From contig NC_068994.1 in the NCBI RefSeq assembly GCF_001194135.2, positions 59,272,520-59,305,436 of the forward strand: a DNA stretch of 32,917 bases. The letters run 5' to 3'. The stretch comes from Octopus bimaculoides (taxonomy: Eukaryota). The translations under genes and the position numbers were made by a program. Below the pieces are notes generated by a model, which was given only the letters and a program-made list of their open reading frames with translations, had not been told where the DNA came from and searched no databases. Shown one piece after another: positions 1 to 10,849 of this stretch. Position 1 is the stretch's first letter, and each line of letters starts with the position of its first letter.

Positions 1-58
<58 letters not shown>
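1..58. repeat. (AG)n microsatellite
   Basis: Near-perfect AG dinucleotide run at the window start. Confidence 0.95.
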
Positions 59-59
<1 letters not shown>

Positions 60-194
60 TCAGGAGGAAAAGGTAAAAGTTATTCGATAGCCATTTGGCT
101 TTGGTAGGCCATGACGTGAAGTTTGGTCAGACGGTCTTCGAGACAGGCACCGACCAAACTACAACTTATAGAACTGAGTCAGATTTTTTATAAA

Positions 195-410
195 ACAACT
201 TCTGTCTTGTTTCGGTCGTTAGACTACGGCCATGCTGGGGCACCGCTTTGAAAGGTTTCAACTCACGAACAAATCAACCCCAATACTTATTTTTGTTCAA
301 ACCTGATACTTATTCTATCGGTCTCATTTTTTCTGAACCACTAAGTTACGAGGACGTAAACATACCAACACTGGTTGTCAAGCAGTAGTGAGGAACAAAC
401 ACAAACATAC
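195..410 (-). mobile_element. tRNA-derived SINE family B, 3' half
   Basis: Shares diagnostic blocks (GGCCATGCTGGGGCACC, TACTTATTCTATCGGTCTC, CCAACACTGGTTGTCAAG) with copies at 17348-17617, 23225-23440 and 30560-30945. Runs into a (TATG)n tract at about 428-490. Confidence 0.75.
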
Positions 411-605
411 AAGCATGCGTGCGTGCGTGTATGTATGTATGTATGTGTGTATGTATGTGTGTATGTATGTGTGTATGTATGTATGTATGCATGCATACAG
501 TGACGGACTGGCCAGGTTGCCAGCTTGCCCGATGGCAAGTGGGCCCCTGCGCCATCTGGTGTACTAAAGAATCTATCCGTTCGCCGTCTTAGAAAGAAGA
601 AATGA

Positions 606-783
606 CCCTTTCTGCTATAAGCATGAGGCCGGAAATTTGGGAATGGGATTTATCGATTCCATCGACCCCGAAAGGACTAAAAGCCAAAATAGATTGCAGC
701 AGTATTTGAACGTAAAGACGGACGAAATGCCGCTAAACATTTTCCACTAGCGCGCTAACGGTTCTGTCTGTTTGCCACCTTAG
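606..783 (-). mobile_element. tRNA-derived SINE family A, degenerate copy
   Basis: Reverse complement matches the intact copy at 26475-26688 (ATCGACCCCGAAAGG, AAAGACGGACGAAATGCCGCTAA). Confidence 0.7.
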
Positions 784-994
784 AAAGAAGGAATAAAAAA
801 GAAGCGAACGTGCTTCTGTTGGAGTCCTAGAGAGACAGAAAGGAAAGAATGGTCACGGTTGGGCTGTCTTTGATCATGGAACTGCTCGCTCAGCGCTGAA
901 TTAGCGCTAATGACTCCAATATATGGTGCAAAGTAAAAAAAAAAAAGGGCCAACGACGACGACGATAGCCTTTCTATGCCTTTTCTTTTCTGCT

Positions 995-1187
995 ATTAGG
1001 CACAAGGCCTGAAATTTTGGGGGTGTGGAGTAGACAGTTGAATACTTGACTGATACTTTATTTATCGATCCCGAAAAAATGAAAGGTAAAGTCGAAATGG
1101 GCAGCATTTGAGCTCAGAAAGACGGACGAAATGCCGCTAAGCATTTCGCCCGGTCGTGCTAACGATTCTGCTGCCAGCTCACCGCCT
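995..1187 (-). mobile_element. tRNA-derived SINE family A, near full length
   Basis: GGCACAAGGCCTGAAATTTTGGGG ... GACGGACGAAATGCCGCTAAGCATTTCGCCCGG ... GCCAGCTCACCGCC is the reverse complement of the 26475-26688 copy. Confidence 0.8.
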
Positions 1188-2580
1188 CACCATCACGATG
1201 GTAATATTAGAACAGCAACAACAACAACGATGGCGACGGCGGAGGAGGTGAGAAGACGCACTCCCCCCCCCCCGTTTTCGGCGTAACAAAAACCGAAACC
1301 CTAAACATCGAGTGTGCGTATTCTTTACCTTCGCCAGCAACAATAACTTGACTGACGACCTTATAGGCAGTGAGAGTCTCAACCTTTATGCCTGCTAGAA
1401 ATAGCAGCAATCAAATGTCCTTCAAATTACACCTCACTGTTTAAGAGGGGATATACGCATTATGACTCATCAGGGACAGTTAAACTATGTGCCTTGTGGT
1501 GCCCTAAAAACAACAGTACTCCCCATACACTGCTACTGCTGCTTTCTCAAAAGTCCCATTAGCATTTAGCTATTGAGACAGAAACATATGTTCACAGTTG
1601 TCCACTTGTGTCCAGTTCTTCTGGACCTAAACCCTTAAATTACCTTCACTACTATAGGTGCAGCAACAGGACTTTCTGCTCTGAAGAAGCATCCAGAATG
1701 CTCTCTTGCTTTTCACTACAAAACATAGTTCTGGGATAATTTTATGCTCTTGGAAAGTCTGGAGGACTATTATGTCCATACTGACATATCACCTGACCCC
1801 GTATCACCAGAGCCATGTCAATGTTGACCACTGGATGTATTGTATTATGAAAGTGAGCCCCAAACTAGGTTTTGGAATTGTCCCTTTTATCCTTTACAAT
1901 TTAACCTGAAATACTGCAGGATTAGTTTGTAGGTAAGTACGGGCCGCTAATTAAGTTTGTCATTACATACCCTCATCACTTTTAAAACAACACAAATGGC
2001 ATCCCTAGGCACTTCAGCATCTTTTGTAGGAGATCACAGTCCTCGCATTAATGAGAGATGCTTAAATTGTCCATTGAATTGCACAAGAAAGACCTCTGGG
2101 GATTTGGTAATATACAGGTCAGATAAGCTCCTTCTCTCTCATGCCTGTGTTATAAATTCAGGTAGAAAAATATACCCTTTTTTTTCTCTCATAATTCTGT
2201 TTTTCCCTTTCATCAAAATGGTGCATGTCTCGAGCTTGTATCTGCAAAAGAAGAAATTATTTCTCCAATCAAATTTTTATTGCTAGTTGAATTTGGCATT
2301 TTTTCTTTTTTTTTTGTTGTTTAGTATATGAGAGTATTGTAGTTGTTTTGTTTTTTTTGTTGTTAGAAGAAATTCACTACATTTGTTCAGGTTTGTGCCA
2401 TTGTTAACAGCAAGATCCTTTTTGAAAAAAAAATATGGAAGACTTGCTTTCCAGTATTCGTGTTAATTTTTCTTTTTGTTTTATTAGTTTTGTGTGGTAG
2501 TTTTCATTTTTGCTTTTATTTTTATGGGTGCTGCACTATTTCTCATGTGTTTATATTGACAAATAAAAGAAGAATAAATA

Positions 2581-3446
2581 CGAGGGGGTACCCAAAAGTA
2601 ACTGGAAACATTCTCTGTGGGACAAACCCATTGTAGTTCAGGCTTCCACCACTAGAAGCCACTTGATGTGACCCTCAGGCATCATCAGTTCGTCAACCAA
2701 CATCATCATCATGTGCAGTCGTACTGCCACATGATGCATTTTTGTTTTGCAGTGCATCGTCTTGTTCATCAATTTTTGCAATGGCTGAAATGAAGGAACA
2801 GTGTGCTTCTGTGAAATTCTGTTTTCTCCTAGGGAAAATGGCAGCTAAAACCATTGTCATGCTTCAGACAGCTTACAAGGAGACTGTGCTATGAGCAAAA
2901 CACAAGTTCACGAGCGGTTTTCATGGTTTAGGAATGGTCACTTGTCGCTTGAGGACCAAAACCTCATTCAAGGCGTTTGTCGACCTCCTGAATGAATGAA
3001 AACATCATGAAGGTTCGTGAAGTGATCTTGGAACTTGCTGACATAACTGGTGTGTCCTGTAACTCCTATCAATGAATTTTGAGTGAGGAGTTGCAAATGG
3101 AAGGACTTACAGCAAAATCTGTGCCTCGCTTGCTCACGGAAGATCAAAAGCAGTCACAACTGAATGCGTTTCGTGAACTGAAAATTGATCTGGACCTCAT
3201 TTTGAAGGTCATCACTGATGACGAAAGCTGGTGCTATGGAATTTGCAGATGTGGAAGAGGCAAACAAAAAAATGATGGAGGTGTTAGAAGGCATCACTTT
3301 ACAAAAGTTCCAGGACTGCTTCGAACAATGGAAAACAAGTCTAGACTGATGCTTTGTTTCAAGTGGAGAATACTTTGAAGGTGACAAAAGTGTAAACAGG
3401 TAAAACTGAGTGAATAAAAAATAATATTGCAAAATTCCGGTTTCTT
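2581..3446 (+). mobile_element. mariner-type DNA transposon, internally deleted and frameshifted
   Basis: TA at 2579-2580 precedes the TIR CGAGGGGGTACCCAAAAG. ATG at 2781 gives MAEMKEQCASVKFCFLLGK, then KSVPRLLT (WVPR-like linker) and VITDDESWCYG (first catalytic D). The sequence then jumps to the C-terminal FQDCFEQWK..C...SGEYFEGDK. A partial right TIR (TTCCGGTTTCTT) lies at 3435-3446. Confidence 0.85.
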
Positions 3447-3768
3447 GAATAATTTGCCTAAAAGCAAACTTTATGTTTCCATCTGAACCTTGTTTGGGTA
3501 GACATCTAAATTCTCAAAAGTCTCTTTTTGTATCAGCATCAATTCAAATGCATAGTCAAAGCCAGTATTCTGAGGAGCAACTTGAAAACAGGTCTGAACA
3601 AGTCAGTGCCAAAAATATTTACCATTTTGTTTATGCCCTTGTGGGGATGCTTGTGAGCCATGCAAGTGAAGGTTAAATGTATGCGTTACCAAATTTTGCC
3701 TCGGACATCAGAGTCACTCTCGGAATGATATGAGAAAGATGCAGAATTCAAAGGAAATTACACATGGA

Positions 3769-3769
<1 letters not shown>

Positions 3770-3810
<41 letters not shown>
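3770..3810. repeat. (AAT)n microsatellite
   Basis: Perfect TAA trinucleotide run directly upstream of a LINE fragment. Confidence 0.95.
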
Positions 3811-4446
3811 TGGAAAATATGTGAATACTACAGTAAGCACTCCTGCTTACTGGTAAGAACATCATTCAGAGCCAGTCGTTGAAGGTAAAAATGTCACTAT
3901 CCTCTGGGATTTCCCAGTGAACACCGACAGAACAATCCAGGCTAATCAACCAGACATAATTATTAAAGACAGGGAAGAAAATACTTGTAGACTAATAGAT
4001 GTAAGTGTTCCCACTAATAAAAATATATCTGTAAAGGAATTTGACAAATTAAGTAAATATAAGGACCTGGAAATTGAAATACAAAAGCTGTGGCAACTTA
4101 AAGCAGAACTGTCTTTGCTATTGAAGGAGCCCTAGATATGATTAAAAAGGGATGTCAGAAACATCGAGATAACATCCCAGGAGAACCATGTCTCAGAGAA
4201 ATCCAAAAGATTGTGCTGACAAGTACTGTCCACATCCTCAGAAAAACCCTATCAATTTAAATGTCTGTGTTTTATTACATGAAGATATTTCGCTTTTACC
4301 CCTGCCACTTCCCCTCCCCAAGCTTTCAGTCATACTGTAACATCTATTATCCTTTACTTGCCCTAGGAAGCTGGGTGTGTCTCAGCAAGTGATTGTAACA
4401 GATATACAGATTAGAAGTAAATAACAACAATAATAATAATAATAAT
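3811..4446 (+). mobile_element. R4/Dong-type non-LTR retrotransposon 3' fragment (restriction-like endonuclease domain, 3' UTR, AAT tail)
   Basis: Translates as WKICEYY..W*EHHSEPVVEGKNVTILWDFPVNTDRTIQANQPDIIIKD...LIDVSVP..NISVKEFDKLSKYKDLEIEIQKLW, the PD-(D/E)xK RLE signature of R4/NeSL-clade LINEs. Stop at 4260, then 3' UTR and (AAC/AAT)n. Confidence 0.85.
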
Positions 4447-5064
4447 AAACCAGACATTGTTGTGAAAGACCAAAACAATAAAATCGATTTATTGATTGAC
4501 ATGAGCATACCTTGTGATTATAAGATCTTGGCAAAAGAATTTGATAAGCTTAGAAAATATAAAGAGTTGCTGATTGAAATTGAAAAAATGTGGCATCTGA
4601 AGACAGTTACAAAACCAGTGATTGTAGGAGCTGGTCAAAAAGGGAACTGAATGATCAAAAAGGGAGCTGAATGATCAAAAAGGGAACTGAATGATCAAAA
4701 AGGGAGCTGAATGATCAAAAAGGGAGCTGAATGATCAAAAAGGGAACTGAATGATCAAAAAGGGAACTGAAAATTATTTGCGGATCATCTTTGGCTTACC
4801 ATCCATGCAGGAAAGGCAAAAGATTGACTTAACTGGTAACTGGTCACACGTATTGAGAAGAGTATTGCATTGTCACTGTGAATTTTCTTCCTTTTCTCCC
4901 CTTTATTTTCTTTTTTTCCTTCTTTCCTTTTTCTATCACATGACTTTGTAACTGAACAAGCTGGTGTGTTTACCAATGTAAACAGTGCATTTCTCTGCCC
5001 TAGGTGTCAGGAAGACACTCAGCAAGAAATGGAAACAGAATTGAAAGATGATAATGAAAATAAT
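4447..5064 (+). mobile_element. second R4/Dong-type RLE 3' fragment
   Basis: KPDIVVKDQNNKIDLLIDMSIPCDYKILAKEFDKLRKYKELLIEIEKMWHLKTVTKPVIVGA..MIKKGTENYL, followed by a pyrimidine-rich 3' UTR ending in AAT repeats. Confidence 0.85.
4631..4770. repeat. 20-bp minisatellite, 7 units (ATGATCAAAAAGGGARCTGA)
   Basis: Six full units at 4651-4770 plus one variant unit at 4631-4650. Only an A/G at position 16 varies among the full units. Confidence 0.95.
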
Positions 5065-5272
5065 AAGAGCACTCAGAGAGCGCAAACCAAGGCAACACCA
5101 ATGTCCTCTCGGCGATTAGCAGGAGATGATTTTTAAAATGAGAATCTCTGAAATAAACTCAATTGCTCTCACAAACGAGAATACTAAAAATGAACCCGAC
5201 CGCTCTCAAAAATTAAGTAGAAAAAACTGGAAAAATAATCCAGAAGGCTTGTTTGGTACCTGATCGATCCCA
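5065..5272 (-). mobile_element. DINE-1/HINE-like non-autonomous Helentron element, 3' half
   Basis: Reverse complement of the 3' half of the fuller copy at 14521-14878 (GAGCACTCAGAGAGCGCAAACC..AAGGCAACACCAATGTCCTCTC...). Confidence 0.6.
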
Positions 5273-5904
5273 GTGGTAGTCATGGAATGTGAAGGTGGGT
5301 GTGCGGGCCATGATTGTAATGCTGTGTGTGTGTCCTCTGCCGTGGGAACAGAGACAGTTTTCTTTTTGAAGGCCTTTTTTAGTCTGTCCTCTGATATAGT
5401 ATCTTTACAACCATTAAGGTCTCTAGTGAAAAATTTATCTGTGCGTAAATGAAAACGGAAAGGACCTGCATACGGTGCTGTTAACGAGGTTTAACAACAT
5501 CGTTGCACATAAAAACACGAGTCTAAGAAGTAAAACTTCCTTCAAAGCAGAACTAGAAATGCAATTGTGAAGTAGGTAAGAGGTTTTAAACAGGAGCGAT
5601 ATATTCAAAATTGGTAAAACTAAAAATTATAAAAATAATATCTTCCATGATAACTAACAACCAATTATCAAAGTTTATATTTGCATGGAAAGAGACCCTC
5701 GTGAGACGTCCGACAGCAGACTGTTGTCCACTCTCACAGAACCAACCAGAACAAACAAGATCGAGAATTCTGAGAAGTAAAACAACAACAACAACAATAA
5801 TAATAATAATGGTTTCAAATTTTGCCACAAGGGCAGCTATATTGAGGGAGGGGATGGGTCGATGTAATCGACCCCACTGTTTCACTGGTACTTAATTTAT
5901 AATA

Positions 5905-7200
5905 ATAAACAGTGATCAAGCAGTAAAACAGCTAAACAACATAGGTTATAGAGTTCAAGACAAAGAACCTACAAGAAAAAAATAACAGCATCACCAATCA
6001 AGAAGGGAAAACTGACACCAGCAACTTAAGTGAGGAAGATCAGAAGATTTTAGATGAGTTGAAGGAAGTGATGGGTAAAGAAGAAAGAAAAAAATTACCA
6101 ACATTAAAAGGTGTTGCTAGATACTACTAGGAAAGTAGATTCTCTTATGAGCAGGATCGATACTAAAAAATATAGGTTATACTAACTTATTGATTTATGC
6201 AGGAGGAGGAGTAGTTACTGTAGATTATAAAATAAAGTGAAGACTTTAAGATCTGAGTTGAATAGAAACCTGGAAACAGGAAAAGTTAGGAAAGACAAGA
6301 TGTAAATCTTCTCTTGAGAATAAGTACTTAGTCAAGGAGAAATCTTTAGGATAGTCATGGAAGAGCTAAAACAGCATATCATAGCAATAGCAGGTAAGCT
6401 TTCCAGATATCAGAAAAGAATAGATCAGTATCAAGAGAAGAGATTGTTTGAGAGAGACCAGAGGAGATTTTATCACCAAATAAATCGTGTAGAAGAAACT
6501 ACTGATGATGAAAAGCCTAATGCCGAAGAAGCTAGAAAGTTCTGGAATGGTAATTGGGATAAGCCAATTAATCTTAACAGAGATGCAGTATGGTTATAGA
6601 AAGTGAAATAAGAAGTCGTTAGCAAGAAGAAGCCAGATCTAAAACTAACAAGTGTATTAAAGAGTAAAGTGTTACAAAAAGTTCTGAATTGGAAGGGCCC
6701 AGGATCAGATTTAGTTGAAGGGTGCTGGTTAAAGAAATTTGGTAGCTTAGACAGGAGGCTGAGGGAACAACTCCTGGATTGCCTGAATGGAGGAGTCATA
6801 TTTAATTGGATGATTAGGAGGAGAACAATACTTCTTATGAAAGACAAAAGCAAGGGTAATACAGCTAGCGATTATAGACCAATCACTTGCTTACCATAAG
6901 TGTGGAAGCTGTTAACAGGAATGCTCTCAGAAAGCACTTATGAGCACCTTGACAGCCAGAATTTACTTCCAGAAGAACAGAAAGGTTGCAGGAAGAAGGC
7001 TAAAGGAACACATAATCTATTATATGTAGACAAAGCAGTTCTAAAAGAAGTGAAATCTAGAAAAATTTAACAATAACATGGATAGATTATAAAAAAGCCT
7101 ATGGCATGATCCCCCACTCATGGATAAGTGAATGTTTGAGTATATTCAGTATTGCAGACAACAATTAATTAGTTATAGCATGAAGAAATGGAAAGTAGAT
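5905..7200 (+). mobile_element. R4/Dong-type LINE fragment with reverse transcriptase N-terminal half (pseudogenised)
   Basis: KLSRYQKR...FYHQI...ARKFW; [89 protein letters not shown] (RT motifs). Several stops and frameshifts. Confidence 0.9.
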
Positions 7201-7223
7201 CTCTACTCAAGTGACACAGCCTT

Positions 7224-7565
7224 GCTGATGCTAGTACCCACTGACTGGCCCCTGTGCCGGTGACACGTAAGAAGCACCACCCAAATGTGGCTGATGCTAG
7301 TACCCACTGACTGGCCCCTGTGCCAGTGGTACGTAAAAAGCACTATCTGAACGTGACTGATGCCAGGCCCGCCTGACTGGCCCTTGTACCAGTGGTATGT
7401 AAAAAGCACCCACTACAGTTTTGGAGTGGTTGGCATTAGGAAGGGCATCCAGCTGTAGAAACATTGCCAGATCAGATTGGAGCCTGGTGTAGCTGCTGGC
7501 TCTCCAGACCTCAGTCAAACCGTCCAACCCATGCCAGCATGGAAAACGGACGTTAAATGATGATA
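7224..7565 (+). mobile_element. RTE-type 3' tail / RTE-related SINE with three 66-bp tandem units and (GAT)n tail
   Basis: Units start at 7224, 7290 and 7356 (CTGATGC..CTGACTGGCCC.TGT.CC.GTG..A.GTAA.AAGCAC). They are followed by GGAGTGGTTGGCATTAGGAAGGGCATCCAGC...AACCGTCCAACCCATGCCAGCATGGAAAACGGACGTTAAATGATGAT, which also occurs at 10850-11080. Confidence 0.65.
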
Positions 7566-8429
7566 ATAATGATATGTGTGTGTGTGTGTGTGTGTGTATA
7601 GAGAGAGGCTCGATTAATAACAGAGGTTAAGGTATTATCAATGCATAGAACAGACACAACACTTAGATTAAAGAGGCCACACACATAGTAATAGACAAAT
7701 TGAGCCTCAAAAGAAAACACAAATGGAACAATAAAACCCACCACCAGCACCAACACACCATGCAACACAACAACTAAAGACTGAAGGATAGAAAAAGAAA
7801 ACAGGACACAAATACAAACAGTATAATACACACACAAAAGACAAACATGCACATACTTATGATGAAATATAAGAATTAAAGATAAATAAGTAAACAAACA
7901 AAAACAAATATATAAAGGACACGGATGCAAACAAAATAGTAAGCAAACCCATATACACACACAAGCATACAAACTGTTACTTCACAAACGGCTGCAACAA
8001 CAACAATAACCATGATGGCAACAACATGAACAAACACACAGACACAGAAAGATACAAGGACAATGTCGAAATAAGGGTCAAGAGCAACAGAAGAGAAAAC
8101 GTAGGTGAGGGGAGGGTCGACATAGTAAGTGCCACTAAGAACAACAACTATAATGGTAACAACTGTATGAAGGGGACGGACACAAACAATGTGGTCAGCA
8201 AAACACATTGAAACACACGAGCACACACACACACACACACACAGAGCTAAAGATACACATAGAAGGACAGAATGAACTAAGTAGAGCAGGAGGGTACAAG
8301 TGGATGGAAGGGGTTGCTGAAGAGATCACAGATGTGTGACGAAAGATTTCCAGACAATGGACATAAGATAGAATAAGAAGAGTAATAAATGAGTGAAGAA
8401 CGAATATAATACAGTGTGTGTGTTTATTT

Positions 8430-9620
8430 GGCAAAAATATAAAATGACCGTCCCAAAATATTTTGAAGATGAAATTATTTTGGCAGTTTCTCTGGCATTC
8501 AAGTTTCGTATACAACATGTTTGGCTCTGCAAGTGTTGCACCCAACACTCAAGCACCAAAGTTACTACTGGAATATTTCCAACTTAAAAAATGAATTAGA
8601 TGCATGTCTGTAGGTGTTATAGCCAGGATTAGAAACTCATCCACTTGGGTCAATAGTTCTTCATTAACAACTGATGAAATTCTAAAAATGCTATTTCTTC
8701 AAAGAGACTTTTACTTCTCACCATTCCTCGGATATCAATTGTACCACGTTCTTCATTTTCTGCAGATTCTTAATGATAATTCCAATTCCCTTCCTGAAGA
8801 TGACTTTCGTTTTATCTAATGTCAGAAAGAACCAAATTCGGTGCCCTTTTCTTTTTACTGTCTTTCACTAGAATTTGATTCTTGAGGAAATCTTAAAACC
8901 AAACGATATAAAAAGAGAAACAAATATCTATTCCAGCAATTATTGAAAGGTTTCTTTTCTTTATATAATCCTAAATTAGCTCTCTTAACTGCAACTACAA
9001 TATATTGGTGCCATGTCTGTTTCCATGCCAACAATCCTCTCAACGTACCCCTCTTATACAATCACTTCAGATGTGATTCTTGATTTAAAAAAAAAAAAAC
9101 TACTAAAACTTACAGTTTTCCATATTTTTGAGTAATTTCCATGGTTCAGGTTCATATCTTCTTGTCAGACCCCGGAGAATTCCTTAAAATCCAGTGTTCT
9201 GAATATCATAGAGGCATCTGAATGAGAATCAATATATTTTTCAGAAATTATGGCAAGATATTTATGAATTTAACAAAAAAAGATTTGAGACAAAGTATGA
9301 ATGTAAAATACCATTCTTTAATATTGACGAAGGTCAAACTTGGAGAATTCCTGATTCCTGAAATTATTTCCCCTCCTCAAGTGGAACCGGCCTTAATTGT
9401 CATTTGGTTATTATGATACATCCTCAAGAGACAAAGATAATTATCACAAATCAAGAATTTATGTTGTATGGTATTTGATGTACCTGTATTTGTCTATGGC
9501 GTTCAAATACATGCCACCGACCATTCTAGAGCTATTTCTCTTATTATGCAAATTTCCTCGGCCACAAATATATATATGTTTTTTTAAAAATATTTTTGTA
9601 TAAGTTTCAGTCTCTTGGCT
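8430..9620 (-). mobile_element. heavily decayed DNA transposase remnant, hAT-like
   Basis: Across frameshifts, - strand peptides appear in the expected order: ALEWSV..M(C)F..TNTG, LISEE, IDPSG(W)VSNPGY, NIPVVN.GAE..V.LA. These resemble remembered motifs CFDTT.SNTG / WYLSEE / DP..W...Y / VVND.AER.V.L. Motif recall only, no search run. Confidence 0.35.
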
Positions 9621-9629
9621 CCTGGAGAT

Positions 9630-10377
9630 GAGGCAGGAGTAGCCAGAGGTATGCAGGTGCAATAAACCAACTGCAAAAGAACAATAAAGTTCCTGTATGA
9701 ATTATTTGCCTGATATGGTGTTCCAGACATGTTGCTATCAGATAATAGAACACAATTTACAGGTCATAAATTCAAAAATTTCTGCAAAATACATGCAGTA
9801 AAGCATATTTTTATCCCACCCTACCACCCAAGGTCAAATGGGCAGGTAGAAAGATTCGCTGATATATTCAAGCAAGCATTAAAAAAAGCAAGGAATGACA
9901 TAGTAAACAACAAGGTGCTAACAAAATTCTTGAGGATATATAAAGTAATGCCCAATCTGAATGCCATTTCAGGAAAATCTCTGGCAGAGTTAATGTTTGC
10001 ATGAAAAATAAAATCGATCTTCAATGAATTATTGCTAGAAAAAATATATTTAAAGGAAATACAGAAAATACAACAAAGCATTTCGAAGTAGGAGATTAAG
10101 TTCATTTTAAAATTTACAAAATGAAAAAGACGGTTGGGAGGATGGTTTTGTAACTAAAAGATTAAGAAACATGATGTATGTAATTAAAGGACAACATTGG
10201 GAACATAAGACACACCTAAACCAATTAAAGACGAGACATACTGAAGAACGAAAGGAAACACCAATGGAAGTCTGCTATGACATGTTTGAGGTGCCAGCAC
10301 CAAAAGAGATTGAGCCTCATAGAAGCAGAAGTAGAAAAAGGAAACAGACAGCACTCTTAGAAGTAATGCCAAAATGA
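9630..10377 (+). mobile_element. Ty3/Gypsy LTR retrotransposon integrase core and C-terminus (pseudogenised)
   Basis: (W)PEV...TA..TI.FL.ELFA*YGVPDMLLSDNRTQFTGHKFKNFC..AVKHIFIPPYHPRSNGQVERFADIFKQAL...FLRIYK..PN...SGKSLAELMF is the rve DDE core of Mag/K02A2.6-like Gypsy elements. Confidence 0.85.
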
Positions 10378-10488
10378 AAAAAGATATTAGATTTCTAAAA
10401 AAAAAAAAAAAAAAAAAAGAAGGGGAAGTGCTGGAAAAAGAAAAGGAAAAATAAAATGAATTTCACTTCTTACAGAAGTTGAAATCTC

Positions 10489-10714
10489 AAAAAGGGGAGA
10501 TGTGAGAGTCATGACACCTCCTTGTAAGAAATAGATTGATCCGAGCAATTATAAATAGTAGTGGTGTGAGTAGACAGTTTGTGTTGGAGTGAAGTTGGTA
10601 TGTTAATTTGAGTTGAGTTCACAGTCGGAAGGTGTTGATTGGTTTGGAATATTGATTGTTGGGTTGTTACATTGTTATTATGGCTGCATTGTTATCTTGT
10701 TTACTGTTACAACA
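10489..10714 (+). mobile_element. polypurine tract plus probable 3' LTR of the Gypsy element
   Basis: AAAAAGGGGAGA (10489-10500) is followed immediately by TG at 10501. TATAAATA lies at 10550-10557 and a plausible ...ACAACA end at 10714. The right boundary is uncertain. Confidence 0.55.
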
Positions 10715-10849
10715 CTGGCACGGTGTATCTAAACCATCCGTCACAATATCATGGCAGTACCATGATGTGAGAGACAGAAGCTACAACGTGCCAGGTGTAT
10801 CCAATTTAAACTGAAATGGCTACAGGTGACCACTATAGTAATCAAACTG

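Noticed and set aside
341-555. ORFs rich in HTYI/CMYV repeats (also 17846-18483, 23344-23760, 32664-32894)
   Set aside because: They are translations of (TATG)n, (CA)n and (TA)n microsatellites and SINE interiors, with no domain content.
891-907. Palindrome AGCGCTGAATTAGCGCT
   Set aside because: A six-bp stem is expected by chance and has no supporting context.
1991-2041. - strand peptide DCDLLQKMLKCLGMPFV resembling the XPG/GEN1/FEN1 I-region
   Set aside because: It is bounded by stops, and the obligatory following EAEA and D.D motifs are absent in all frames.
4631-4770. Regular 20-bp (and 18-bp at 29952-30077) arrays as possible CRISPR-like repeats
   Set aside because: The units are contiguous with no unique spacers, the context is eukaryotic, and there are no cas genes.
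7600-8330. Several long ORFs in an A/C-rich, strand-asymmetric stretch
   Set aside because: The ORFs are open because of low complexity (V/C/F-rich on the - strand). I recognise no motif; the stretch may be old retroelement sequence but that is unsupported.
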